Source: the human T2T-CHM13v2.0 reference genome, Homo sapiens. From it: a stretch of DNA of 64,000 nucleotides. The notes under the pieces were generated by a model, which was not told where the DNA came from, made no database searches, and saw nothing but the letters and a program-made list of their open reading frames with translations. Positions 36,466-51,280 of this stretch are shown here, one piece after another (within the stretch, counting starts at the first letter, position 1; each line of letters begins with the position of its first letter). The position numbers and the translations under genes are program-made. The stretch is taken from assembly GCF_009914755.1 (NCBI RefSeq), contig NC_060925.1; one strand, given 5' to 3'.

Positions 36466-38691
36466 GTAAGACTGACCACTTCCCTCACCCTCCTCCTGGA
36501 GAAGCCATTAGAAGCATGACCTTCAAGCCCTCCAGTGTTGCCCTGACCTCTTTGTGTCCTGGCCCTCTAGTCCAGTCAGTCTTCTCCTGAACATCTAAGC
36601 CCCTTCTGTGTGCTTAGCATCTGCAGAAGCCAGCCCACAGCCAGGCACAGTGGCTCACGCCTGTAATCCCAGCATTTTGGGAGGCCGAAGCGGGCAGATC
36701 ACCTGAGCCCAGGAGTTCGAGACCAGCCTGGCCAACATGGTGAAACCCTGTCTCTACTAAAAATAAAAAATTAGCTGGGTGTGTTGGCATGCGCCTATAG
36801 TCCCAGCTACTCGGGAGGCTGAGGCAGGAGAATCACTCGAGCCCAGAGGTGTAGGTTGCATTGAGCCGAGATCACGCCACTGCACTCCAGCCTGGGTGAC
36901 AGAGTGAGACTTTGTCTCAAAAAAAAATAAATAAATAAAAGAAGCCCGCCCAGCACTTAAAGTACCTGGAATGCTTCTCACTCTGTCTGCTACCTTGCAT
37001 ACCTCTCCTCCATCACATGCCCATGCCTCCAGGAAATCTTACTGGTTTCTTCCAGCCTTTATTGGAGTCCTATTCCATAGCCTATTAGCATAGCCTATCA
37101 ACGACTCTTTCCTTTACCTTGCAGGTTTGTGGTTATAAGAAATATCGATTTCAGTTAATTCATAAGTCTGTCTGGTTTTTCCAGTAGGCCATAAGTTCTC
37201 TGTGGATTATGAGAGTGACTTAAATAGGTTTCACAGATTTTATGGTGTGGATGCAGCAAAACCCTGACAAAGCCCATAGTAATGGTTGTCTTCAGTCAGC
37301 TTAAAGACAGTTACACAGCACCTAGACCAGGGAAATAGAATCTGAATGATGATATGTAATATGCAAATAGTAGGTGTTGCCATATAAAGTTTTATGTCTG
37401 ATTTGAGGTGGAGAATCAAAGTTGTACAAGAGAATGAAGTCACTGGGTTATGGTGAGGGGAGGAGGGAAGGAAGATAACCTTAACAGGTTGGAGATAAAA
37501 TCAGCTTCCCTAGTACCAGGATGTTGGGAAGCAGATAAGTAACAAATATAGGTATTTTTGTTCCTAGGAAAGAATGCCCCCTCATTTGAAAATGAATACA
37601 CTGGCATCTGGTTGGTTTGCAAATAATAAAGTGCACAGGGTCAGTCCTCATTCTTTCCTGAGCCTTGTTCTGGGCGTTCTAGGAGGAGATCCAAGGGAAA
37701 GGACAGGTCTCTACTTTGAGGAGCTTCCAGGCTGGAAAGACCCAGAGGCATAGGTGAAAAAGTCCTTGACATGGCTGTGGAAAAAGTGGAAGGGTTAGGG
37801 AAGCAGAGACGGTCACATGAGAGAGTATTGGAGAGGAAGAAGGGAGTGCGGAGGAGGGTGCTGAAGGAGGTAGGGCGGAAGCGGGGGATGTTCTTAGCCA
37901 TGGCTGGGATACCTTGTGAAGGTCATATCATATAAAGGGAGGTATGAACAAGGAGTGAGTCTGTCCTGTATTGGCCGAGGGGCTGAGGAGTGGTTTCTAA
38001 AGGTGTAGTTTAGGGGTTGGGGAGGGTGTGGGACTGTTGAGAAAGAAGAGAGAAGTGATTTCTGCTTGGCCAGGCTTTCAGTGTGAGAGGGAAGATGCCT
38101 ATATTTGTTCATGGGGTGTGTGAGAGATGGCAGAGATGGAGAGGAAGGTTCCAGCTCTGGGGCTTCAAGGGATTGAAATGATCAGAATCAAAATCAGACT
38201 GGCAGAGCTGCAGAGGGTCTTAGAGAGGATTTAACCCAGCCTCCCTGAGACCAGAGAGCAGCATCTAGTCCGAAGACTCATAGCTACATAGATTATCTCA
38301 TGATATCAATGATAGCTAACATTTATTGTACACTTAACTATCTGCCACCACTCTTGTTAGTATTTATGAATATTTTTTTTTTCTTGCTCATAACAACCTC
38401 GTGGTGCAGGTACTATTATCACTGTTTTATATTTGAGGAAATTGGGGCACAAAGAGTTAAGTAAATTACCCAAGGTTATGTTGTTAGTAGGTTGGGGAGC
38501 AGAATTCAAACTCAGGCAGTCAGGCACCAGGGCTCATACTAAATCACTGTGCTGTACCATCCCTCACAAGCAGAATCCACACCTTCCGACGTCGGAGTCT
38601 GGTTCTCCCCACTTTAGCCTAAGGCAGAGGGAGATTGAGCAGAGGGGCTCTGACTACAGACAATGGCCCTCCACTGTGTTGACTTTTCCAG

Positions 38692-38883
38692 GTTGAGGGC
38701 AAGAACTCCATCATCCTGACCTTCAGACAGCTGATGGCAGAAGAAGGGCCTTGGGGCCTCATGAAGGGCCTCTCGGCCAGAATCATCTCAGCCACACCTT
38801 CCACCATTGTCATTGTGGTGGGCTATGAGAGCCTCAAGAAACTCAGCCTCCGACCTGAGCTGGTGGACTCGAGACACTGGTAA
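38692..38883 (+). CDS. SLC25A44: SLC25A44 exon 4 coding part (VEGKNSIILTF...VDSRHW*); spliced CDS is 314 aa
   Basis: TTCCAG acceptor; 625+128+192 nt = 315 codons including TAA. Confidence 0.96.
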   Translation, partial: VEGKNSIILTFRQLMAEEGPWGLMKGLSARIISATPSTIVIVVGYESLKKLSLRPELVDSRHW

Positions 38884-39505
38884 CCAGTGGTGGGGAGAGA
38901 AGCCTGCTGTTTTCCACACTACCGTGGGTCAGGGGCAGAGTGGAGAGGACAGCACCCTCTCCAGGTGCTCCCACCACACACCCAGCCCTGCCCTGGGCCA
39001 AGTGGCCTATCTGGGATAGGGATAGAGACTTTGAACTGCTCTTGCTGAAGAGGCTCCACGCCTGGATCCCTTGCCCCCACTATTTAAAATTCTCTTCTGA
39101 GCTGGGCTCCCTCACTCAGTCCCTGTATTTGATACTGGCCTAAAGACCCCACCCCCCACCCTGCCAGCCCTTCTTCTGGCTTCCCCTTCCATCTGTGTCC
39201 CTGAGACCCTGAGAAGAGCTGTACATAGAGCTTGCTTACTACCACTGGTTCTTCCTCTTGGGCTTTCAGCCCAGACTCCAAGCAGCTGCTATCAACCCTC
39301 TCTCCCTTCATCTCTTAGCCTTGCTTATTTTTATTTTGGGACCGAGCTGCCCACTAGATGACTCTGCTTTTCCCTGCATTTGGGGCTAAGGTGCCAGGTA
39401 CTTATTTGCACAGGGAGCAGGAGCAGCAAAAAATCTCTGGTTCTCCAGAGCACTCGTCCTCTCTTTGGAGGGGTTATTAGGTTGGGAGAAATGTTGATAC
39501 TTTTG

Positions 39506-39509
<4 letters not shown>

Positions 39510-39554
<45 letters not shown>
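39510..39554. repeat. (TG)n microsatellite in the SLC25A44 3' UTR
   Basis: Seen directly. Confidence 0.95.
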
Positions 39555-39558
<4 letters not shown>

Positions 39559-41224
39559 AACATCTGTGAACCAGGCTATTAGTCCTGCTAAAGCGCCAAT
39601 CCTGCTGTCAGAGCTCACCCCCTTCCTAAGACAGGTAGAAAAATGTAATGTAGCTTTTTCCACAAGCCACTTCCCTGTCCCTTCAGTCTCAGGAGCCCTA
39701 GGAGAGTCTAAGCTGGGGCATCCCCTGGCCCAGAGGACTCCCGTGGTGGGCACAGTTCTAAGTGGATCAGGCTGTCTTGGGTGCACTGGACTTGGAGCAC
39801 TACCTTGAGAAGTCAGGTTGAGAAAGTAGTTGATCTAGAAGGCAACAAGTGGGCATGTGTTCCCCAGCACATTACCCAGGCCAGCAGAGCCAAACCTAGG
39901 AGAGGGCAGTGGGTAGATTCTCTGCCCCAGGCAGCCATGACATACACATAAATACCCCAATCACTCAGACTTACGGCAACAAGTGTTGTCTCACTATGGT
40001 GATCTCTAAGATCCACATCACTGGATGCGTAGTCATCCCAGTCATGGTACCCTGTGGAGGAATGCTGGAAGAACATAAAGAGCAGTTCAGAAAGTCACCC
40101 AATACCAGGACCACTGCATTTACCAGCCTGATACTGCCAAGATTATCTGATGCTCTCCTCAGGAGCTAGGAGAGGAGTGCTCCTTCCTCCCTACCGCTAC
40201 TCTCCCCAAGCCTGTGTTGCAGGTAGAGAGGTGCAGCAAATAGAGAAGGCATGTCAAACCCTGCATTTCTACCTGAGACGTGTGACCTGGATGATCCTCC
40301 AAACCCTATTGGTCCCACCCCCTGGGAAAGGCCATGGTGCCAGTTTGAAAGGTGCTAGCTACCTGAAGCCTTGATATTTCTTCATGGCTGCCGCACATTC
40401 TTCCACCTTGGCCAGAACAGGTTCTGAAAACCACTTCTCTACCTTCACCACCACCACTGCCCATCTTGATCTCTTTGAGGGTTTTCCCATTTCACTTGAT
40501 CTTATTTTTGTTTATCCCTTCCTGCACTTTGTCAAGAGAGTCCTCCAGTTTCTATCCAGGAATGTTCACATCCAAAGGGTTGGACCCACGGATCATTCTG
40601 AATCTTCCTGCCCCTCCTCACTGCTTAACCCTGAGAACCACAAATATAATGGAAGCAGTTCCCCCCACCCTCACCCCATCTCTTTAAGCTCATCCTAGCA
40701 AGACCTCTAGAGACCCTAGAGACTCGACTTTAGTCCTTCCCCGCCATGGCACAGTGGGGAAGGTGTCAATGGGGAGTGTCACGGACAGGAGGTAGGATCC
40801 TGCCGCTCGCGTCTTAGTGTTTCTCCCTCAAGACTTTCCTTCTGTTTTGTTGTCTTGTGCAGTATTTTACAGCCCCTCTTGTGTTTTTCTTTATTTCTCG
40901 TACACACACGCAGTTTTAAGGGTGATGTGTGTATAATTAAAAGGACCCTTGGCCCATACTTTCCTAATTCTTTAGGGACTGGGATTGGGTTTGACTGAAA
41001 TATGTTTTGGTGGGGATGGGACGGTGGACTTCCATTCTCCCTAAACTGGAGTTTTGGTCGGTAATCAAAACTAAAAGAAACCTCTGGGAGACTGGAAACC
41101 TGATTGGAGCACTGAGGAACAAGGGAATGAAAAGGCAGACTCTCTGAACGTTTGATGAAATGGACTCTTGTGAAAATTAACAGTGAATATTCACTGTTGC
41201 ACTGTACGAAGTCTCTGAAATGTA

Positions 41225-41230
41225 ATTAAA
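41225..41230 (+). terminator. SLC25A44: SLC25A44 distal poly(A) signal ATTAAA (second candidate at 40936-40941)
   Basis: ATTAAA preceded by TGTA, at the end of a long Alu-free 3' UTR. Confidence 0.7.
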
Positions 41231-41239
41231 AGTTTTTAT

Positions 41240-41830
41240 TGAGCCCCCGAGCTTTGGCTTGCGCGTATTTTTCCGGTCGCGGACATCCCACCGCGCAGAG
41301 CCTCGCCTCCCCGCTGCCCTCAGCCTCCGATGACTTCCCCGCCCCCGCCCTGCTCGGTGACAGACGTTCTACTGCTTCCAATCGGAGGCACCCTTCGCGG
41401 GAGCGGCCAATCGGGAGCTCCGGCAGGCGGGGAGGCCGGGCCAGTTAGATTTGGAGGTTCAACTTCAACATGGCCGAAGCAAGTAGCGCCAATCTAGGCA
41501 GCGGCTGTGAGGAAAAAAGGCATGAGGGGTCGTCTTCGGAATCTGTGCCACCCGGCACTACCATTTCGAGGGTGAAGCTCCTCGACACCATGGTGGACAC
41601 TTTTCTTCAGAAGCTGGTCGCCGCCGGCAGGTAAAGTGGACGCAGCCGCGGTGGGAGTGTTTGTTGGCACCGAAGCTCAAATCCCGCGAGGTCAGGACGG
41701 CCGCAGGCTGGCGCGCGGTGACGTGGGTCCGCGTTGGGGGCGGGGCAGTCGGACGAGGCGACCCAGTCAAATCCTGAGCCTTAGGAGTCAGGGTATTCAC
41801 GCACTGATAACCTGTAGCGGACCGGGATAG
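41240..41830 (+). promoter_or_regulatory. PMF1: PMF1 CpG-island promoter with tandem CCAAT boxes (41378, 41407) and GC boxes
   Basis: CpG-rich, CCAATCGG twice, CCCCGCCC motifs upstream of the ATG. Confidence 0.85.
41470..41630 (+). CDS. PMF1: PMF1 exon 1 coding part (MAEASSANLGSGCEEKRHEG...LVAAG), MIS12 kinetochore complex subunit
   Basis: ACAATGG-like start context (CAACATGG); donor CAG|GTAAAG; recognised protein sequence. Confidence 0.95.
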
Positions 41831-42387
41831 CTAGCTACTCCTTCCTACAGGAAGCCCCGTTTTCACTAAAATTTCAGGTGGTTGGGAGGAAAGATAGAGC
41901 CTTTGCAAATTAGAGCAGGGTTTTTTATTTTTTTATTATCTTTGAGATAGGGCCTTGCGTTGTCGCCCAGGCTGGAGTGCAGTGGCGTGATCACTGCAGA
42001 CTCGACCTCCTGGGCTCAAGCGATCTTCCTGCCGCAGCTTCCCAAGTAGCCGGGACTACAGGCTCGTGCTCCCGCGCCCGGCTACAGATCAGGGTTTAAG
42101 TCGCGGCCCACCACTATGTGAGCAAGACGTAAGCCCCCTCTCCCTCGTCGGCTTCTTGTCAGTCAAGTGACAGCAATAGTACCTTTCTCATAGGGTCGTT
42201 TTGAGAATTAAATGAGTAAATACACCTAAGGCGCCTAGGACAGGACCTGACACATAGAAAGATTTGTTAGCTATTATGAGAATATCTTCTTCACTGGGAG
42301 ATTGCCAGGACTAAATGTGTTACCATGAAAAGAAACATTTTTCCTGTCTCGACTTTTATTTTATTTATTTTTATTTTTATTTTTTGA

Positions 42388-42648
<261 letters not shown>

Positions 42649-43057
42649 TGAGCCACCGCGCCCGGCCTTCACTTTTATATAATTTATATGACTCGAGAGT
42701 TTTGCCCATGATCCCACCACCCCAGCACATCAGTGTTGAAACGCTTCCAGGAGTTCGGTGCCCTGACCACAGCCTCTCCTTCTCTAGCCCTCTCTATCCC
42801 CACTTCCCTGTTCTTTGGCTTCATCAGGACTCTCATCTGTTCCCAGTCCATTCCTCCTGGGTTCAGCACTTTACCTTTCCTACGCATAATTAATGATTTG
42901 TCTTCACTCATGACTCATCAAATATTTGAGTGTCAGCTGGGGATACCATGAGGCAGACAAGGCCTCTTGTCTTTTTGGAGCTTGCATTCAATGCGTAGAG
43001 ACGCCAACAACATCATCACATAGGCTGGTAAGATAGTAAGGCCATTATTATGTGTCA

Positions 43058-43195
<138 letters not shown>

Positions 43196-43302
43196 CTAAA
43201 AAAGAAAAAAAAAAAAGATAATGAACAGGTAATGATACCACTAGATAGGATGCTTGGGGCGCCCATTCTGAGATGGCATTTCAGCTGGAACTTGAAGGAT
43301 GA

Positions 43303-43665
<363 letters not shown>

Positions 43666-44199
43666 TAGGAAAAGGGGACAGCCTGTGCAAAGTCCCTGAG
43701 GTGATCAGATATTCCAGGAACTGGCAGAGACCTTCTTGGCTACAGCATAGTGATCAGAGTAAAATGAGATGAGGCTGGAGAGGCAGGTAACAGCCTTATC
43801 ATGCAGGGCCTAGTTTGCCATAATAATGAATTTGATAAAATAATTTGTAATCACTTTTATGAACCAATCATGGCACGTCATCATCATATGTCCTGGCACG
43901 GTCCCTCCCCTGTTGTATTTATTTTTCCCTACTCATTCTTGCCCTTGTCTCCCCTCCCATAGTCCCCACTTTCTCTTAGTTATATGTCCCCCCATTTATT
44001 TATTTATTTATTTATTTTTATTTCTTTTAGAGATGAGGTCTTGCTGTGTTGCCCAAGCTGATCTCAAGCTCTGAGGCTCAAGTGATCCTCCCACCTCAGC
44101 CTCCCAGAGTGCTAGGATTACAGGCATGAGCCACAGTGCCCGTCCCATTTATTTATTTATGAGACAGGGTCTTGCTCTGTTGCTCAGGTTGGAGTGTAA

Positions 44200-44361
<162 letters not shown>

Positions 44362-44546
44362 TGAACTCCTGACCTCAGGTGATCCGCCTGCCTCGGCCAC
44401 TTATTTATAACACAAATATTTACTGACCATTGACAGTGTCAATAAATTTGTTCTAGTTCTAGTAGGGTTCTAGTTGCTGGAGATAAGGCAGTGATCAAGA
44501 TGGACAAGGTTCCAATCTTCTTGGAGTAGACATTCTGGTACCATTA

Positions 44547-44705
<159 letters not shown>

Positions 44706-44893
44706 CTAGTGGCGCATGCCTGTAATCCCAGCTACTCGGGAGGCTGAAGCAGGAGAATCGCTTGAACCTGGGAAGCGGAGGTTTCAGTGAGCCAAGATCC
44801 CACCATTGCATTCTAGCCTGGGCAACAGAGTGAGACTCTATCTCAAAAAAATAAATAAAATAAAATAAAATCAGTGTAAAGGAATAGAGAGCA

Positions 44894-45319
44894 GCTGACA
44901 CGCTGTCCTCTGGCGACCTGTCGCTGGAGAGGTTGGGACTCTGGATGCGTGCGGGGCTCTGGCCTACCGGTGACCCGGCTAGCCGGCCGTGCTCCTGCTT
45001 GAGCCGCCTGCTGGGGCCCGCGGGCCTGCTGATCTCTCGCGCGTCCGAGCGTCCCGACTCCCGGTGCCGGCCCGGGTCCGGGTCTCTGACCCACCCGGGG
45101 GCGGCGGGGAAGGCGGCGAGGGCTACCCTGCCCCCGTGCGCTCTCCGCTGCGGGCGCCCGGGGCGGCCGCGACAACCCCACCCCACTGGCTCCGTGCCGT
45201 GCGTGTCAGGCGTTCTCGTCTCCGCTGGGTTGTCCGCCGCCCCTTCCCCGGAGTGGGGAGTTGGCCAGGGCCGATCGACTCGCTGGCCGGCCGGCCCGCC
45301 TCCGCTCCCGGGGGGCTCT
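44894..45319 (+). pseudogene. Retrocopy of the 47S/45S pre-rRNA 5' external transcribed spacer, from +1 to about the A'/01 site
   Basis: Begins GCTGACACGCTGTCCTCTGGCGACCTGTCG (Pol I +1); GC-rich ETS sequence ends at CCCGGGGGGCTCT. Confidence 0.92.
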
Positions 45320-45709
45320 AATGTGGCACATATACACCATGGAATACTATGCAGCCATAAAAAATGATGAGTTAATGTCCTTTGTAGGGACATGGATGAA
45401 ATTGGAAATCATCATTCTCAGTAAACTATCGCAAGAACAAAAAACCAAACACCGCATATTCTAACTCATAGGTGGGAATTGAACAATGAGATCACATGGA
45501 CACATGAAGGGGAATATCACACTCTGGGGACTGTGGTGGGGTTGGGGGAGCGGGGAGGGATAGCATTGGGAGATATACCTAAGGCTAGATGACGAGTTAG
45601 TGGGTGCAGCGCACCAGCATGGCACATGTATACATATGTAAGTAACCTGCACAATGTGCACATGTACCCTAAAACTTAAAGTATAATAAAAAAAAAAAAG
45701 AAAAAAAAA
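45320..45709 (+). mobile_element. 5'-truncated L1PA2-like 3' end with poly(A), fused to the 5'ETS copy
   Basis: ORF2 C-terminus [17 protein letters not shown]; 3' UTR with GACGAGTTAG and CTTAAAGTATAATAAA; shared TSD AAAGGAATAGAGAGCA at 44878-44893 and 45710-45725. Confidence 0.92.
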
Positions 45710-47016
45710 AAAGGAATAGAGAGCAATGGGGAAGAGGGGTCAGGGTGAGGAGGAGGTTAAGGAAGTGGCATTTGACTGTATCCTTGTAAAATATGTTATA
45801 TTTTTGTCTGTGTATGTTTTAAATTTATATGAATGATATTGTGCTACATATGCCATTTTTTACTCAACAACATTGTTTTCAAGATCTAACCATGTCAGGC
45901 CAGGTGTGGTGGCTTACGCTTGTAATCCCAGCACTTTGGGAGGCCGAGGTGGGTGGATCACTTGAGGTCAGGAATTTGAGACCAGCCTGGCCAACACGGT
46001 GAAACCCCGTCTCTACTAAAAATACAAAAATTAACCGGGTGTCATAATGCCCACCAGTAATCTCAGCTACTTGGGAGGCTGAGGCAGGAGAATCACTTGA
46101 ACCCAGGAGGCGGGGAAGTTGCAGTGAGCTGAGATTGCGCCACTGCACTCCAGCCTGGGCAACAGAGCTAGTCTCCAACTCAAAAAAAAAAAAAAAACAA
46201 AACTAACCATGCTCTAAAAGTGCACATGCACATGGTTCATAGCTTCTTAGTGCTGCCTGTCAGTCCTTGATATGCATCCACCACTTACCCATTTCCTATC
46301 AGCTCCTCATCCATAAATTATTCCAGGGTGAATATCCTTGTACATTTCCACAGGAGCTAGTGCTAGAATTTCTCTGAGACATGTAACTGGGAGAGGGATC
46401 ACTGGATCCTAGAGTTTACACCTACCTCTGTTCCATCAGATTACTTTCCAGAAAAGCTGTTCTTGTCTGCCACCTTCTCACCGTCACTGGGTTTTTTACC
46501 ATTCTAATATTTGTCATTCTGCCAGGTGTGAAAGCGGTATCTTGTTTTAATCTGTGTGTCCCTGATTCCTGGCAGGTTTGGGCATTTCTTCATGTACTTA
46601 GTCATTTTGGCTTCCTCTTCTGAGAACTGCCTGCTCATTTCCTCCAGCCTTTCATTTTCAGAACTTTTTTAAAAATGGGTTTTTTATCTTGTTGATTTGC
46701 TAGAGTTGCTAGTATAGAAGGAAATATCTATTGGGTGATAACTTTGTTGATGATGTCCTTTGAGGAACAGAAGTCTTCAATTAAATAAAAAGCAGCACAC
46801 ATTTCAACTGTTTCCATTTTCCCTTAAGAGGATGACACAGAAGGGAAATGCAGTTATGCCTGCAGACCCTTCATGAACTGCATGGATCCTCCTGACTCCT
46901 TTTCTCAGCCTCTTGACTAACTCAAAGAGCCATTTAAAAAAATGCCAGATATAGGCCAGGCGCAGTGCTCATGCTTGTAATCACCAGCACTTTGGGAGGC
47001 TGAGGCGGGCAGATCA

Positions 47017-47298
<282 letters not shown>

Positions 47299-47306
47299 TC
47301 ATGTAA

Positions 47307-47609
<303 letters not shown>

Positions 47610-48058
47610 TGATTCGCCCGCCTCAGCCTCCCAAAGTGCTGGGATTACAGGTGTGAGCCACCATGCACCAAAAAAGACCTTGGGGTCTTTTTTATAAAGG
47701 CTATGCCCACATCTAGGTCACAAAGATAATCTCCAGTGTTTTCTTCTCTTAGCTGTTTCATCGTTTTACTCTTTAAATCTTTAATCTGGCTGGATTAAGG
47801 TATAAAGTGATAGTCTCAAGCCAGGCTTATTTTTCTAACTTTCCCAAATACCATCAACTACACAGCTCATCTCCATTGCTTGATGGAGCCCCCTTACCAA
47901 TGGCCAGCTCCTAGCCCACTATGTCCCTGAGTCTCTCTCCTGCCCCACCGATCTGCCTGTCTCTGCCAGTGCATGTGGGTTGTTAAAACCAGGCCCTTGT
48001 AGGAAACCTTATGTTTGGTCCAGCAAGTCCCATCTTTTCTCTTTATTTATTTATTTAG

Positions 48059-48654
<596 letters not shown>

Positions 48655-49345
48655 TGATCCATCTGCCTCGGCCTCCCAAAGTGCTGGGATTACAGGCGTG
48701 AGCCACCATGCCCGGCCTGCCCATGCTGGTCTTGAACTCCTGGGCACAAGTGATCTTCCTGCCTCAGCGTCCTGAGTAGCTGCCTGAGACTACAGGCATG
48801 CACCACCTCACCTGGCCAATTTTTTAATATTTTTGTTTAGATTTTTTTGTAGAAATGGGGTCTTGCTACATTGCCCAGTCTGGTCTCCAACTTCTAGGAT
48901 CAAGTGATCCTCCCGCCTCAGCCTCCTAAAGGGCCGGGATTACGGGTGTGAGCCACTGCACCCAGCCTGTCTCCAGTTTTTCCTCATCTTGGGGCATTCC
49001 GCCACCCTTCCTTTAAAACTACCCCGTTCAACGTAATTAATAACCTCTTTGTTGCTAAATACTTTGGAGATATATACATGTATGTGTGTGTGTGTGTGTT
49101 TGTGTGTATATATATTTTATTTTTTTTCAGACGGAGTTTCACTCTTGTTGCCCAGACTGGAGTGCAGTGGCGTGATCTCGGCTCATGGCAACCTCCACCT
49201 CCTGGGTTCAAGCAATTCTCCTCAGCCTCCTGAGTAGCCGGGATTATAGGTGCCGCCACCACGCCCAGCTAATTTTTGTATTTTTAGTAGAGATGGGGTT
49301 TCACCATGTTAGCCAGGCTGATCTCGAACTCCTAATGTCAGGTAA

Positions 49346-49447
<102 letters not shown>

Positions 49448-50855
49448 TAGGCTTTGACATTGTCAACCACTCCTCTGTTCTTCAGATTTCTCCCTTGGTT
49501 TCCGACGTCATTCTCTGCCCCTTTACCTGACTAGCTGCTCCTTCCCGGGGTCCTCTTCTCTTGTCCTTTAAACGTGTGAATGTTGCCCTCTCCTTACTTT
49601 CACCCCCTCCTCCCATCTGATGTCTTGCTGCTACTGAAAGCCTTCGGTGACTGTCCATTGCTCCTCACCAGGGCTTCTAGGCCCGGGCTACCTCTTGTGC
49701 CCTGCTGCACTCATACTCACTCATACTGACCTCCTCATTGCCTGGAACTTCAAGTGCTTTCCTGCCTTGGCATCTGCACTTGCTGTTTGCTCTGCCAAGA
49801 ATGGTCTTCCTTCATCTCTTCCCTGACCCGCTCTAAGGCCACCTTGCTCCCCTGGTTATTTGTCATGATAGACACCGGTTATTTATTCCTTCATAGCACA
49901 TATTGCAGTCTGCTGTTCTGTTGTCTGCTTGTTTACTTATTTGTGGTCAGTCTCCCCTACATAAAACCTAAGGTCCTTGAGGGCAGTATCTTGTCTGTCT
50001 TGTTCATCATTCTCTATTCTTCACTCATCACGGTGCCTGGTATACAGGAGGCATTCAGTACATAGTTTTAGATAAATGGGGATTCCCAAGCAATATCTCC
50101 CCTGAGTTTCAGACCTCTAACTCCAACAGTCTACTACTACAAATCTCCATTTGGTGTCCCACAGAATCATCAGCTCAGCATGGGAACAGGATTTCTCTTC
50201 CACCTCTTCCCTTCCTGTGATCCCTGAGTTGGTTGAAGGAATTACCACTATCCATTCTCTAGGCTAAAGATTTGAGAGTCCTCATTGGCCTGTCCATCCC
50301 TTTCACTTCCATTCAACTGCCCACCCCTGTTGGCTTCAGCCTCTCTCGCCTCCGACTCCTCCTTTCCATCCTTGCTGACACTGTCTGAGTTCAGGCCCTG
50401 ACTGTCTCTCACTGTGACTCTTGCACCTGCCTCCAAACTGGCCCTCCAGCCTCAGTCTTGTGTCCTCCCACCAGTCTACAGCTCAGATTTGATCCCCTTC
50501 TCCTGCTTAAAATGTTTAATTGGTTCAGGGTTGCTTCCAGAATGAATGCAAGCTCCTTAGCACAGTGTACAAGGCCATTCCTTCCCATCTCACCAACCCC
50601 AAGTCAGGGCCGTGGGAGTACAGCGCATGCACACCTGAGTGCCAGTGCAGACCACACATGGGCACGGAAGCTCTTCTGCACCAAGTGCTGCCCCCCTGCC
50701 TTCACCCCTGCCACCTTGTCTTCCCACTGCTGCTTCTCCTCAGTAGAACATCCTTCTCCTCATTTGATTAAATAGGAACTTACTCTCAGCTGGTTTCCAG
50801 AGAAAGGGCTCAATAAGTGTCATATATGAATACATACTTTTTTTTTTCTTTTTGA

Positions 50856-50960
<105 letters not shown>

Positions 50961-51151
50961 TGAGTAGCCAGGATTACAGGCATGAGCCACCACGCCCGGC
51001 TAATTTTGTATTTGTAGTAGAGATGGGGTTTCTCCATGTTGATCAGGCTGGTCTCAAACTCCTGACCTCAGGTGATCTGCCCGCCTCGGCCTCCCAAAGT
51101 TCTGGGACTACAGACATGAGCCACTGCTCCCAGCCGAATACAGACTTTTAA

Positions 51152-51280
<129 letters not shown>

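Noticed and set aside
44894-45319. Functional rRNA gene or Pol I unit
   Set aside because: Only spacer sequence is present; there is no upstream Pol I promoter and no 18S/5.8S/28S.
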